In this document: piece by piece, positions 39,885 through 52,027 of the stretch | Layout: every line of letters starts with the position of its first letter | Position numbering within the stretch: position 1 is the first letter of the stretch | Assembly (NCBI RefSeq): GCF_001194135.2 | Contig: NC_068992.1 | Span: 15,455,892 to 15,517,034 of the forward strand | DNA length: 61,143 bases | Source of the DNA: Octopus bimaculoides | Lineage: Eukaryota | Direction: 5' to 3' | The notes under the pieces: generated by a model | The model's input: the letters and a program-made list of their open reading frames with translations, nothing else | The model's database searches: none | What the model was told of the DNA's origin: nothing | Made by a program: the position numbers and the translations under genes

Positions 39885-40250
39885 ATTTTGTCCGAGTTCA
39901 AATTCCGCCGAGGTCGACTTTGCCTTTTATCTTTTCGGAGTCGATAAAATAAGTACCAGTTGAGCAATGGGGTCGATAGTAATTGCTGGCTTTGAGCTAA
40001 AGTTTGAAACCATTATTATTTTTTCTAAGATGGCAAATTGTTAGAATCGTTAGTGTATCGCACAAATTCGTTAGCGGTATTTTCTTCCGGCTTTTTTCGT
40101 TCAAATTACGTCGAGGTCTGCTTTGCCTTTCATCTTTTCGGTATCGATAAAATAAGAACAAGTTAAACACTGTTGGTGGGGTGGAAGATCAATGTAAACG
40201 TTTTCCCCCTCCCCTTAAAATTAAAATTGTGTCAAATTGTGATGCCATCA
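39885..40250 (+). mobile_element. Two tandem SINE family B fragments
   Basis: GTTCAAATTCCGCCGAGGTCGACTTTGCCTTT..GTCGATAAAATAAGTACCAG at ~39895 and a diverged repeat at ~40100. Confidence 0.75.
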
Positions 40251-40288
40251 TCTTTTTTCTGGTACTGTGCAATCTCAATTAACTCCTG

Positions 40289-40874
40289 GGATCTATTTTA
40301 AAACGGGGGCCACATTTTTCATTAATGTTTTACGTAGTGTTTTTGGTACGGAAAGACTTTCAAACATCGTATACTTATCTATTTTGTGTTATAGAACAGA
40401 AAAATATTTTTGTATTCGAATTTATTTCATGTAAAAAATTGTCTTATTTCGATAATTTCAACCAATCACTGACAAGTATTCAGTTGTTTATATTTACTCC
40501 TTTGGCTGATTAAACGATGTAAAGCGTATTTAATCTCCATACCTTCGTTTTATTTGCTTTTTTCATTTTAAATTTGCTTTAACCCTAACCCTAACCCTAA
40601 CCCTAACCCTAGGGTTAGGGTTAGGGTTAGGGTTAATTGTTTCAGAATCGTTTGTTTATGTAGTCGGCACTTAATGTATATCGGCTGAATGGACGTCAGT
40701 GATTGGTTGAAATTACAGAAATACGACAACTTTCACATGGAATAACTTATGGATTTCTTTTTTTTTTAAGAAGACTAAGAGAAAAAGATGTTTTATATGA
40801 CACATTCTACCAGTGTTCCAAGTTTCAAAGTGTTTCGTTAATGAAAAATGTGGCCCCCGTTTTAAAAAAGATCC
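40289..40874. mobile_element. Merlin-like MITE (586 bp) with perfect 8-bp TSD and internal telomeric palindrome
   Basis: TIR GGATCTATTTTAAAACGGGGGCCACATTTTTCATTAA / TTAATGAAAAATGTGGCCCCCGTTTTAAAAAAGATCC; TSD AACTCCTG at 40281-40288 and 40875-40882. Confidence 0.9.
40581..40634. repeat. Interstitial telomeric repeats (AACCCT)5(AGGGTT)4 forming a palindrome
   Basis: Direct reading. Confidence 0.95.
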
Positions 40875-42185
40875 AACTCCTGTAGAGGTCGATTTTGATA
40901 TTAAATTCCCCATTCGAAACAGTTCATATATTATTTCGTCTATATATTATTCCGCTGTTGTTCATATGTTTCAAAATGTCTGACCCAAATTATCCTCAAT
41001 TGTCCAATATCGTTTAGTCCTAAATCATTCGAGATAAAGTAAACTTTTGATCAATGGCATTTCAGTCGCCATGACAGTCTCACCTTACGTTAGATATATA
41101 ACATTAAATTTAGGACTTCATTATCTCGGGTGTCCTTTTAAACCAGGTTAGTGTTTGATTTATAGGGTATTTGGCAGATATTTATTGAAAGTCGAGTGAA
41201 CGTACATGATGATAATCGATGCCAACAAGACGTATGCACCAAATTTAGAATTAAGAATAGGGAAATACATAATATATTGGAATACATATTGAATACGAAA
41301 AACAAGAATTGAAATCTTTGAAGTTGAACTTCTAAAACTTTGATCGATATATACTTCCTAGACTAAACAAATTTGGAGCTAACATGTGTGTGTGTGTTTG
41401 TATGGATGTATATACGTATGTATGTATGTGTGTGTGTGCGTGTGTGTGTGTGCTCGTATCGTTATCTGTATGCGTGAGTATTTGTGTGGTGCAGTTCGTC
41501 GTTTCATAATTCTGTCGTGATTATCTGCGACATGGCTTCAAGAGACTGTACATGAAATTATGAAGTGACGTGTCACAATATACATGCATGCAGACTTACA
41601 TGCACACAATACAAATATACACATACGCCACAAACCTACACACAAACACGTATATATATATATATNNNNNNNNNNNNNNNNNNNNNNNNNNNNNNNNNNN
41701 NNNNNNNNNNNNNNNNNNNNNNNNNNNNNNNNNNNNNNNNNNNNNNNNNNNNNNNNNNNNNNNNNNNNNNNNNNNNNNNNNNNNNNNNNNNNNNNNNNNN
41801 NNNNNNNNNNNNNNNNNNNNNNNNNNNNNNNNNNNNNNNNNNNNNNNNNNNNNNNNNNNNNNNNNNNNNNNNNNNNNNNNNNNNNNNNNNNNNNNNNNNN
41901 NNNNNNNNNNNNNNNNNNNNNNNNNNNNNNNNNNNNNNNNNNNNNNNNNNNNNNNNNNNNNNNNNNNNNNNNNNNNNNNNNNNNNNNNNNNNNNNNNNNN
42001 NNNNNNNNNNNNNNNNNNNNNNNNNNNNNNNNNNNNNNNNNNNNNNNNNNNNNNNNNNNNNNNNNNNNNNNNNNNNNNNNNATATATATATATATCAGTG
42101 ATTTATTTCTGTGTGCTATTTTGTATGACTCCAGTTTTACAATCACACATGCACACACACATGCATATATATCTATTTCTATTTA

Positions 42186-42222
42186 TATATACATACATAC
42201 ATACATACATACATACATACAT

Positions 42223-42253
<31 letters not shown>

Positions 42254-42336
42254 AACATACATACATACATACATACATACATACATACACACACACACAA
42301 ACATACATACATACATACATACATACATACATACAT
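42186..42336. repeat. (TACA)n/(CA)n compound microsatellite
   Basis: Direct reading. Confidence 0.92.
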
Positions 42337-42750
42337 GCATGCAAAAAAGACAGCGCAGTCGCACACAGAAAGATATGCGAAGAAATAAACATAGAAAGTT
42401 TAATACATACATAAAAACATAAATCAACTTTGTGGCCTGAGGTGAATTCTATATAAATACATTTATAACATGAACCAGTGACTCAGAGATGAAGTATAGA
42501 TAACCTGAATCCGAGGTTAATAAGATGGGAATGGAAAATCCTGTGATATTCCTGCTATGATTTATGTTTATATTTATTTTCAGCGTTTCCTGAGATTATC
42601 TTAAATTTCGTCCCTATTTATATATTGTTAACTTTTATGTTCAGTTGTTTATACATACCATGTTACTGGTGTATTTTTTAATGTTTATTATACACGTACA
42701 TTTATTCAAATAGCATAGAAGCCAAAGTCACACAAATTTATATGCATATG

Positions 42751-42813
<63 letters not shown>

Positions 42814-42897
42814 GCACACACATATGTATATGTGTCTGCATGTATACATAAGCTGTATATACATTATATTTACGTGTATATGTGTATATTTATATAT

Positions 42898-43304
42898 ACT
42901 CTTTTACTCTTCTACACGTTTCAGTCATTTGAATGCGACCATGCTGGAGGACCAACTTTAGTTGAACAAATCGAACCCACAACTTCTTCCCTGTAAATCT
43001 AGCACTTATTCTATCGGTTTCTTAGGCCGAACCGATAAGTTTCATGGAAATAAATAAACCAGCATCGGTTGTCAAGCGACGGTGGGGGTGACAAACATAA
43101 ACACAAAGACACACACACATGAATATATACACATATATATATATATATATACACGACGGGTTTCTTACAATTTCCGTCTACTAAATCCACTTTGGTTGGC
43201 TCCAGGCTATAGTAGAAGCACTTGCCCAGGGTGCCACGCAGTGGGACTGAATCCGAAACCATGTGGTTGGGAAGCAAGTTTCTTACCACACAACCACGCC
43301 TGTG
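42898..43304 (-). mobile_element. Full-length SINE family A
   Basis: Reverse complement of the 34223-34617 architecture. Confidence 0.88.
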
Positions 43305-43306
43305 TG

Positions 43307-43344
<38 letters not shown>

Positions 43345-43972
43345 CGTGTGTGTGTGTGTGTGTGTNNNNNNNNNNNNNNNNNNNNNNNNNNNNNNNNNNN
43401 NNNNNNNNNNNNNNNNNNNNNNNNNNNNNNNNNNNNNNNNNNNNNNNNNNNNNNNNNNNNNNNNNNNNNNNNNNNNNNNNNNNNNNNNNNNNNNNNNNNN
43501 NNNNNNNNNNNNNNNNNNNNNNNNNNNNNNNNNNNNNNNNNNNNNNNNNNNNNNNNNNNNNNNNNNNNNNNNNNNNNNNNNNNNNNNNNNNNNNNNNNNN
43601 ACAGAACCTGTGGAAGGGAAGAGCAAACCAACGTCATACTTTGGTAGGGAGTAAGACCGGTTCTCTTGTAGATAGGCAAAAAAACGGAAGACGGTGAGAT
43701 ATACATGCGTGTTTTTTGCCTTTACTTACATACAAAGTTGAATTACCAGATAAATAGTTATGCAATTAAAATTTGGATAGAATAAATAGATAAATCAAAT
43801 GCCTTATAGCTTGCATCCGTCTCATATGTGTGTGTGTGTGTATGTATGTATTATGTATGTACGTATTTATGTATTTGTATGTATGTATGTGTAAATGAAT
43901 GTATTTTCTATTTTTGATTATTTGAATCATTCTAATGTAGAGGGAGCTAGGTTTTTCATATGTACACACATG

Positions 43973-44060
<88 letters not shown>

Positions 44061-45012
44061 TATACGATGGTATTGTGCATATGGGTCTTAGTTGTATGCA
44101 TATGCATGAGTATATATGCATACTTGTATATGATATTATGTATATCCATGCTTTGCTATGTGTCGTCAGTTTATATTCCGTACTTAACAATTCGACAAAT
44201 AGAGAACGACAATTTAAAGACCAGGTTTTAAAAACACACTCCTAGGACCGATATAACCAACTTCAAGATCAGGCTACAGCATGGCCATGGCGCAAGAACA
44301 GGACAAACTAAAGTAGTAATGGTAGTATGTAAATATTCACTACTTCTGTTCAACAAATATGGCGTCTGAAATGTGAAAATACAACCTGTATCACAGAGGC
44401 GATGTACTTCTATGCATGTGAGCATGCGCATATGTGTATGTGTGTATATACATTTTCCGTGTATATATATTCAAATCAAAAATATATGTTTCTTGGCGTA
44501 TAGCGCAGTCAATTAACTACTTCGCTTTTGTGAAATGAAGTCTATAAACTACACGGAGACTTGTAAATAATTTATACTGTAGTGCCGTTAAACGAAATAG
44601 CCTATTGCATCCGTTGCTATATCTATTGTGAATTATGCATCAAGGAATGCGCAATGAACGTGAGAATTTGCATACAGTGAAACTTAATGAGGTATAACAA
44701 CATTTGACAGAAAGTCGAATGTGCCAATAAATTAAGAAGAGCACAAAGAATTTATTATTGGTCAGGCTAGCATCTAAAGGATATTGAGAAAGTAGCATAA
44801 GGCGCGATTATATGGGTCTACAGCCTTCAACTGCACAGTTCTCACTTTCTCACTGCTGTCATGCTACTATGATTTAAATACAGGTTATTTGGGCGATACA
44901 ATGTTGGGGAAGTGTTCACACACTGATCTAGCAGGGGCAGTGAGTCCGCGAGTGCATCGAATATCCAAACACACAGAGAAAAGAACACTAACACGAATGC
45001 ATAAAAATAAGT

Positions 45013-45073
<61 letters not shown>

Positions 45074-46336
45074 NNNNNNNNNNNNNNNNNNNNNNNNNNN
45101 NNNNNNNNNNNNNNNNNNNNNNNNNNNNNNNNNNNNNNNNNNNNNNNNNNNNNNNNNNNNNNNNNNNNNNNNNNNNNNNNNNNNNNNNNNNNNNNNNNNN
45201 NNNNNNNNNNNNNNNNNNNNNNNNNNNNNNNNNNNNNNNNNNNNNNNNNNNNNNNNNNNNNNNNNNNNNNNNNNNNNNNNNNNNNNNNNNNNNNNNNNNN
45301 NNNNNNNNNNNNNNNNNNNNNNNNNNNNNNNNNNNNNNNNNNNNNNNNNNNNNNTAGAGTCGGAAAAGACGATTGCAAGAATAAAAGGATTAGTAAGACT
45401 TAAACTGGATCCTGAACCGTTTGAGGAAAAAAAGAAAGCGATATTGGTGGAAGAACATGTGATGCAGAGACACCCGGACAAGTTTCAAATAAGTGGATTA
45501 TACGTGGGCTACGACACCCTGCCAAGTGTAGTAAGGGTAGAGGAGCTGTGGCCACTTACAATTGCTAAAGAAAAAACATGATTATTAACTGTATGAGAGA
45601 ACTGTTAAATGAAACTGCGAGTTTTGGGGGACTCGTAAGCCATTTCATAACCTCATTGTAAGTAATTCATTTCATTCGTCATTCATTCTTTGTACCCCAC
45701 GTACTGTATTGCTTTGTCTGTCCTTGTGGTGACCCCCTCTGTGTTATGGCCTAAGTGCCAAATAAAGAAAGAGTTGAGTGACTGTTGAGTAGCAGTTGTG
45801 TAGCGGTTGAGTAGAGATCATCCGAAGGTGCTAGATAGCAGTGGCTTGAGACATAACAGATATCCAGGCGATTACCTCATATATCTTGGCTAGCAAGATG
45901 TATGGATGCGAAAACTTTCGGTAAAACAACGCATTCCACATCAGCTGAAACCCCAGCTGGTTTATGTCAACTGTAGAATATAATATAGATTGGATAAAAC
46001 GAGGAAGTTATAAAAACCCTATTTATTATACGGTTATATTCGTTTCGATAATAGATGGATTAGATAAATCATTTAACAAACGGGAGTCAGTTAAAACAAT
46101 GATTACTTATTTTCGTGCGTTATGACCATTTAATAATGGTCATCTCAACATGACCCTGGATATTATTATTGCTATTGTTATGATTGTTCCTTTTCCTTTG
46201 CCATAGGAGTATAGGATGAAGGGAATTTACGAAGACAATTTATACACAGAGGTGACATAAAATAGGATATGGAAAAGGAAACAATAAACAAGCATAACAT
46301 ACATATACTCGAATATAAGTACGATTCATTGCTCTT

Positions 46337-46669
46337 GTGAAGGCTCATGGCTCGGTGGTTAGAGCGTTGGGCTCAAGATCATGAGGTTGTGAGTTCGATT
46401 CACGGAACAAAGCTGTTTGTTGTGTTCTTGAGCAAGACACTTTATCTCATGTTGCTCCAGTCCACTCAGCTGTAGAAATGAGTTGTGACATCATTGGTGC
46501 AAATCTGTATCAGCCTTTGCTTTTCCCTTGGATAAAATCGGTGGCATGGAGAGGAGAAGGCTGGTATGCACCGGCGATTGCTGGTCTGCCATAAACAACC
46601 TTGACCGGAATTGTGCCTCGGAGGGTAACTTCCTAGATGCAATCCCATGGTCATTCATGACTGAAGGTT
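46337..46669 (+). mobile_element. tRNA-derived SINE (third family)
   Basis: GTGAAGGCTCATGGCTCGGTGGTTAGAGCG..GAGTTCGATTC head with A/B boxes and GTTGTGTTCTTGAGCAAGACACTT core. Confidence 0.85.
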
Positions 46670-46988
46670 GACACAAAAGGACCTCAGACTACAGCCATTC
46701 AAGGGACATCAAAAATCCCAGATATCAACTTGACCCCCAAATGCAAGTCTCCTCTTTCAACTGTTGTTTTCTAACCTACACATGCTTAGACTAGTTCCAG
46801 ACACTCTAGCTATTTTCTAAACAGTCTCCCACCTTTTGAAAAATTTACTACAGAAGAATACTTTTCTCCTTTCGAAATGCGATGACAATTCCTCACTTGA
46901 ACGGAAGGATACACGTTTAGCGAGAGATTGAATCACTCCTTGTATTTCACCGAAATACAATTTTCACGGCGGCCATATTTAAAACTGT

Positions 46989-47362
46989 TGTTGTTGTTGT
47001 TGGCACTCCGTCGCTTACGACGTCGAGGGTTCCAGTCGATCCGATCAACGGAACAGCTTGCTCGTGAAATTAACATGCAAGTGGCTGAGCACTCCACAGA
47101 CACGTGTACCCTTAACGTAGTTCTCCGTGATATTCAGCGTGACACAGTGTGACAAGGCTGACCCTTTGAATTACAGGCACAACAGAAACAGGAAGAGTGA
47201 GAGAAAGTTGTGGTGGAAGAGTACAGCAAGGTTCCCCACCATCTCCTGCCGGAGCCTCGTGGAGCTTTAGGTGTTTTCGCTCAATAAACACTCACAACGT
47301 CTGGGAATCGAAACCGCGATCCTATGACCGCTACCCTAACCACTGGGCCATTGCACCTCCAC
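46989..47362 (-). mobile_element. tRNA-derived SINE (fourth family) with (AAC)n tail and 10-bp TSD
   Basis: Head GGAGGTGCAATGGCCCAGTGGTTAGGG..GGTTTCGATTCCC; tail GAGTGCCAACAACAAC; TSD TTAAAACTGT at 46979-46988 and 47363-47372. Confidence 0.9.
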
Positions 47363-47972
47363 TTAAAACTGTATCTGCCATTATTTAAAAATAATTAAAA
47401 ATGGTTGAATAACCTAAATACCCTGAATTTTTTTATTCATAAAAACATCACTAAATTTTTCAATTGTGGAGAAATATGAAGCATGAAATTTTATTCAGAT
47501 AATATAGAATTGGTAATGAACTTAATAATAATTATTGGTTAAGAATAAAAATCGAAGTTTTATAGCAATGAACACAGAAAATAGATTCATCAAAACTTTT
47601 AATGAACGAAAGAAAGAAATAATTAAAAACATATATTGATCCTCATTATAACTAAAATAGTTAACTGGAAACCAATAGCTCTCAAAAAAATTATTAATGT
47701 TTCTTAGATGTTGGTTTAGCTTTCTCTTTTTGTTTTCAAATATTTTAATTAAATTCAAATATTGTACTAAGAATGTATTTATTATTGGTAATAAAAAGTT
47801 TAAGCACACACACACACATATACACACACACATATGTACGTATACACGTGTATCTTATGAATGCATTCACACACCCATATTCAAGCAGACGCTCATACAT
47901 ATATATGTATGTAAGTATGTATGTCTCCATATATCAATGTATATATTAGTATATATATATATATATATATAT

Positions 47973-48058
<86 letters not shown>
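47973..48058. repeat. (ATAG)n microsatellite
   Basis: Direct reading; directly abuts the maT TIR. Confidence 0.97.
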
Positions 48059-48059
<1 letters not shown>

Positions 48060-48062
48060 TTA

Positions 48063-48892
48063 CAGTGTTCGATAAATAAACTGTCGTCTAAATTACACAT
48101 AAGTGGAAATAACGCTGGCATCTCATTTTAACAGATAAATTTACCAAAATTGCATAAAAATATCTTGAAATACTAAAGAGTAAATTTATTCAATAAAACA
48201 GCATTGGTTTCAACCACGGCCTCTTGCAGCACTTCTGGTTCCGAAGGCATAATCCTTGCCTCCAGTTCAACTTTGGTGTTACAAGGAGTTTTGTTGGTCT
48301 CTCGCACACCTAACAACAAAGGTAGTAGCAGCCTGAGGAGTTAGGTGGTCACATATTAGGAGTGGTCAGATGTGGTCGTAGAAATTGTCAGACAGCCATG
48401 ACTGGGTCCTCTTGCTTGTGTGGCATGGTGCAGATTCCTGTTGCCAGACATAGGGTCTTCCAGCAGCCACCCTCTTGACTCGGAGCAGCCCTACCGCCTC
48501 CAGGCCCTTGATGTAGGCCTCCGTGTTGAATCTGAGGCCATGAGGGAAGATTATTGGAGGCATAACATCGCCATCACTAGTGATTACTCCAAACACCATG
48601 ATGTTGACTGGATTTTTTTTTTTTTTATCACTCTCGGAATATGTTCTGGGGACTCAGATTGACAACCAACACTGAAATATTCGTATTAGAGCTTCCAGCA
48701 CGAATGCCAAGTACAGTACAGAATGGCAGTAGAGAATATCTTTTCCAGATTTCCGGCAGTGTAAATTGCGTCATGATGCTGTTTTTCTCACTGTTTTCTA
48801 CTATACCGTGTAGTCGACAAAATCAGAAACAAACAATGCCCATGCGTGAAATTAAGAATATAAAATGGTGACAATTTACTCATCGCACCCTG
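48063..48892 (-). mobile_element. Internally deleted maT (DD37D) Tc1/mariner element, copy 1
   Basis: TA-flanked imperfect TIRs (CAGGGTGCGATGAGTAAATTGTC / CAGTGTTCGATAAATAAACTGTC); MVFGVITSDGDVMPPIIFPHGLRFNTEAYIK..WQQESAPCHTS. Confidence 0.88.
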
Positions 48893-49030
48893 TATATGCC
48901 TATTCATGCACATGTACACACACATACACACATATACATAAATATATACAATGTAAGATATAAGTTAGATGTAACGTAACCATCTAAGGGACATATATAT
49001 ATATACACACACATATATATATATACATAC

Positions 49031-49079
<49 letters not shown>

Positions 49080-49108
49080 CATACATATATATATATATAT
49101 ATACATAC

Positions 49109-49174
<66 letters not shown>

Positions 49175-49739
49175 TTATATATATATATATATATATGTGG
49201 TGGGGATCTATGTGTGAGTGAATGTATTCATACATACAAATTACAAATATATGTATAAATACACATATATACACTTTAAAATCATAATTTAAAATGTCTA
49301 AAAAAAAACAATAGAACATTATATCACAAAAATTCAGTTATTAAATCAATATTCAATTAATAACCAATCAGACGGTATTAGCAACTGGGTCAAGCTTTGC
49401 AGACAAGGCAAGTTCAGACAATAGAAAGTAAAGTGGAATCATTTGAAATGTCCAACTTTATCAGCTGAAATTTATTTCCCCATGTCAGTATCTGTGACAT
49501 TGTGTGATCGACAATGATAACATCTTGAGATTTTCTTAAAGAAATACCAGGAAGGTTTTTTTTTTTATGTCTACTGATCTTTTATCTAATCTGAATTTTT
49601 ATCTTCTCTTTAGGGTCAAAAAACTTTGCAGACCCTACGCTGAGGGAAATGCTTACACATCTGGGGAGTTGCTGTTATATGTGCATTCATCCTAGTTCGT
49701 ATCCAGAGAAAGGCCAACTGACTGTATTTTTAACCTTTT

Positions 49740-50115
49740 GTTATTGGACTTTTTTTAGTTATTGGATTGTAGCCATGCTGGGGCATCTCCTTGGAGTTTC
49801 TAGTCGAATAAATCGACCCCAGTACTTCTTCTTCTTTTAAATTTTGGTCCTTATTCGATTTATTTATTTTGCCGAAAAACTAAGTTACAGGGACTTACAC
49901 AAACCAACTCTGTTTGTTCCCCCGCCATCGCTTGACAACTGACGCCGGTGTGTTTATGTACCCCGTAAAATAGCGGTTCGGCAAAGGAAACCGATAGAAT
50001 AAGTACTAGGCTTACAAAGAATAAGTCCTGGAGTCGATTTCTTCGACTAACACTCTTTAAGGCGGTGTTCCAGCATGGCTGTAGTCAAATGACTGAAACC
50101 AATAAAAGAGTAAAT
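49740..50115. mobile_element. Two SINE family A 3' halves joined in opposite orientation
   Basis: ~49740-49915 reads as a minus-strand 3' half (GCCATGCTGGGGCATC, AATCGACCCCAG); ~49916-50115 reads as a plus-strand 3' half (ATCGCTTGACAAC..CCAGCATGGCTGTAGTCAAATGACTGAAAC). Confidence 0.75.
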
Positions 50116-50122
50116 GTGTGTG

Positions 50123-50177
<55 letters not shown>
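50115..50177. repeat. (TG)n microsatellite; other long (CA/TG)n tracts at 56140-56230, 57586-57646, 61096-61143
   Basis: Direct reading. Confidence 0.97.
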
Positions 50178-50178
<1 letters not shown>

Positions 50179-51215
50179 TATGTGTGGCTTAATCTTTATT
50201 GATAAAGAATGACCAATATGGTCAAAATAACATCACAGCCTGCCGGCCATATTACTCTGTTTTGCATTATTTCTGAAGCAATTCTTTTCTGTCAGTTATA
50301 AAACTAGCCTTTGTAATCCATTTTGTCTTTTTAATCGGTTAATGTTAATGGTTCAGAATTCATAATAAGACAATAAAGAGTTTATTTAACGAACTACAAG
50401 ATACTAATTTGTGACGAGAGGATATTGGATTGAATCGAACTCGATGTATTGAGGAACCAGATGCTATGCATCTAAAATAAAAGGTTAAACCTAATCCCAG
50501 AAAAACGATGCCGCATAAGATTTTCAATTTAAAATCGAAACGTAATAAAAAAAAAAGTATTTAACTACAGTGAAGTATATAATAAGTAGGTATTCTATTA
50601 TTACTGTAAAAATAAGCAAATTAAAATACTAATTATTAAATGAGTTGTTGGATATAAAGTGGTGTATTTAATTACTGGTTAGCGCTACTCTGGGACTTTC
50701 TGCAGTTCTGTTTCTGTATCTATTGAAACGAGCCCATTAAAAACTTGATTTTATCAAAATACATGGAGATATAAAGGAAGCAATAATACTCCTACCGTAT
50801 TTAAGCTCACTAAACTATTTTTCCAGAATACTGCAATACTACATTTAGTCTGGTATCCTACTGACCCGATAAAGGTCACAAAATCATTCACTGAATAGAG
50901 ATTATATAATGAGCTTAATTAATCTAATAATTTACATTTTTATGGTTGTTTCGCCAATATAAATTATAAATTGTTAATTGGAGTTTTTCATGAACGCACA
51001 ATAATAATTTCTTGGTCACAAGTATTTGTGTGTCAATATTTCACTGAATGTACGCACGTTTAAACATTGAGAGGGAATTATTTGTTTATGCGTGATGACA
51101 GTAAAATATTAGCTGGACAAATTATTAGTGCGGCAGATTACAATCTACAGAATCAGCGGACGGAATCTTGCTACCGGAACTGTGATATAACCGTTCTCAA
51201 TAGACTTAACACTCA

Positions 51216-51630
51216 AATGTTGAGCTGGCAGAATCGTTAGCAGACCAGGCGAAATGCCTAGCGGTATTTCGTCTGTCTTTACGTTTTGAGTTCAAATTCC
51301 ACTGAGGTCGACTTTGCCTTTCATCCTTTCGGGGTCGATAAATTAAGTACCAGTTGCGTACTGTGGGAGTCAATCTAATCGACTGTCCCCCTCCCTCAAA
51401 ATTTCGGGCCTTGTGCCTAGAGTAGAAGAGAATTGTTAGCACACTGGGTTAAAAACGCTGAGTAGCATTTCGTCCTTCTTTACGTTCTGAGTTGAGTTGA
51501 AATTCTGCCAAGGTCGACTTTATGTCTCATCCCTTTCGGGGTCGGTAAAATGCACGAATAAAGTATTTGGGTCGATGTAAACGACTTGGCCGCTCCCCGA
51601 AAACTGCTGGTCTGATGCTAAAATTTAAAC
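51216..51630 (+). mobile_element. Two tandem SINE family B copies (51216-51434, 51435-51630)
   Basis: Both carry AGGTCGACTTT..CATCC(C)TTTCGGGGTCG; the first is well preserved. Confidence 0.85.
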
Positions 51631-51655
51631 CGTTGTATCTAATAACATTCAACAA

Positions 51656-52027
51656 TAGGCGCAGGCGTGACTAAGTAGTAAGAAGTTTGCTTCCCAACCA
51701 CATGGTTCTGGGTTCAGTCCCACTGCATGGCACCTTGGGCAAGTGTCTTCTACTATAGCTTCGGACCGATCAAAGCCTTGTGAGTGGATTTGGTAGACGA
51801 AAACTACTGTGTGTCTGTGTTTGTCCCCCACACGCCATCACTTGACAACCAATGCTGGCGTGTTTGCGTTACTGTAACTGGGCGATTTGACAAAAGAGAA
51901 CGATAAAAAAAAGTACTAGGCTTACAAAGAATAGTCCTGGGGTCATTTGTTCGGCTAGCGGCGGTGCTCCAGCATGGCCGCAGTCAAATGACTGAAATAA
52001 ATAAGAGAATAAAAGAGTAAAAGAATA
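51656..52027 (+). mobile_element. SINE family A lacking the internal microsatellite
   Basis: TAGGCGCAGGCGTG head through GGTGCTCCAGCATGGCCGCAGTCAAATGACTGAAA tail. Confidence 0.88.

Noticed and set aside
40581-40634. Ancient telomere-telomere fusion site
   Set aside because: A fusion gives (TTAGGG)n(CCCTAA)n; the order here is reversed and the array lies inside a TSD-flanked MITE.
46337-46410. tRNA gene candidates at SINE heads
   Set aside because: A/B boxes are present but there is no complete cloverleaf, and each continues into a SINE body.
49370-49720. Possible small host exons (GC donor at ~49408; acceptor TTCTCTTTAG before ~49613)
   Set aside because: Weak first acceptor, no recognisable peptide and no clear downstream donor; needs RNA-seq.
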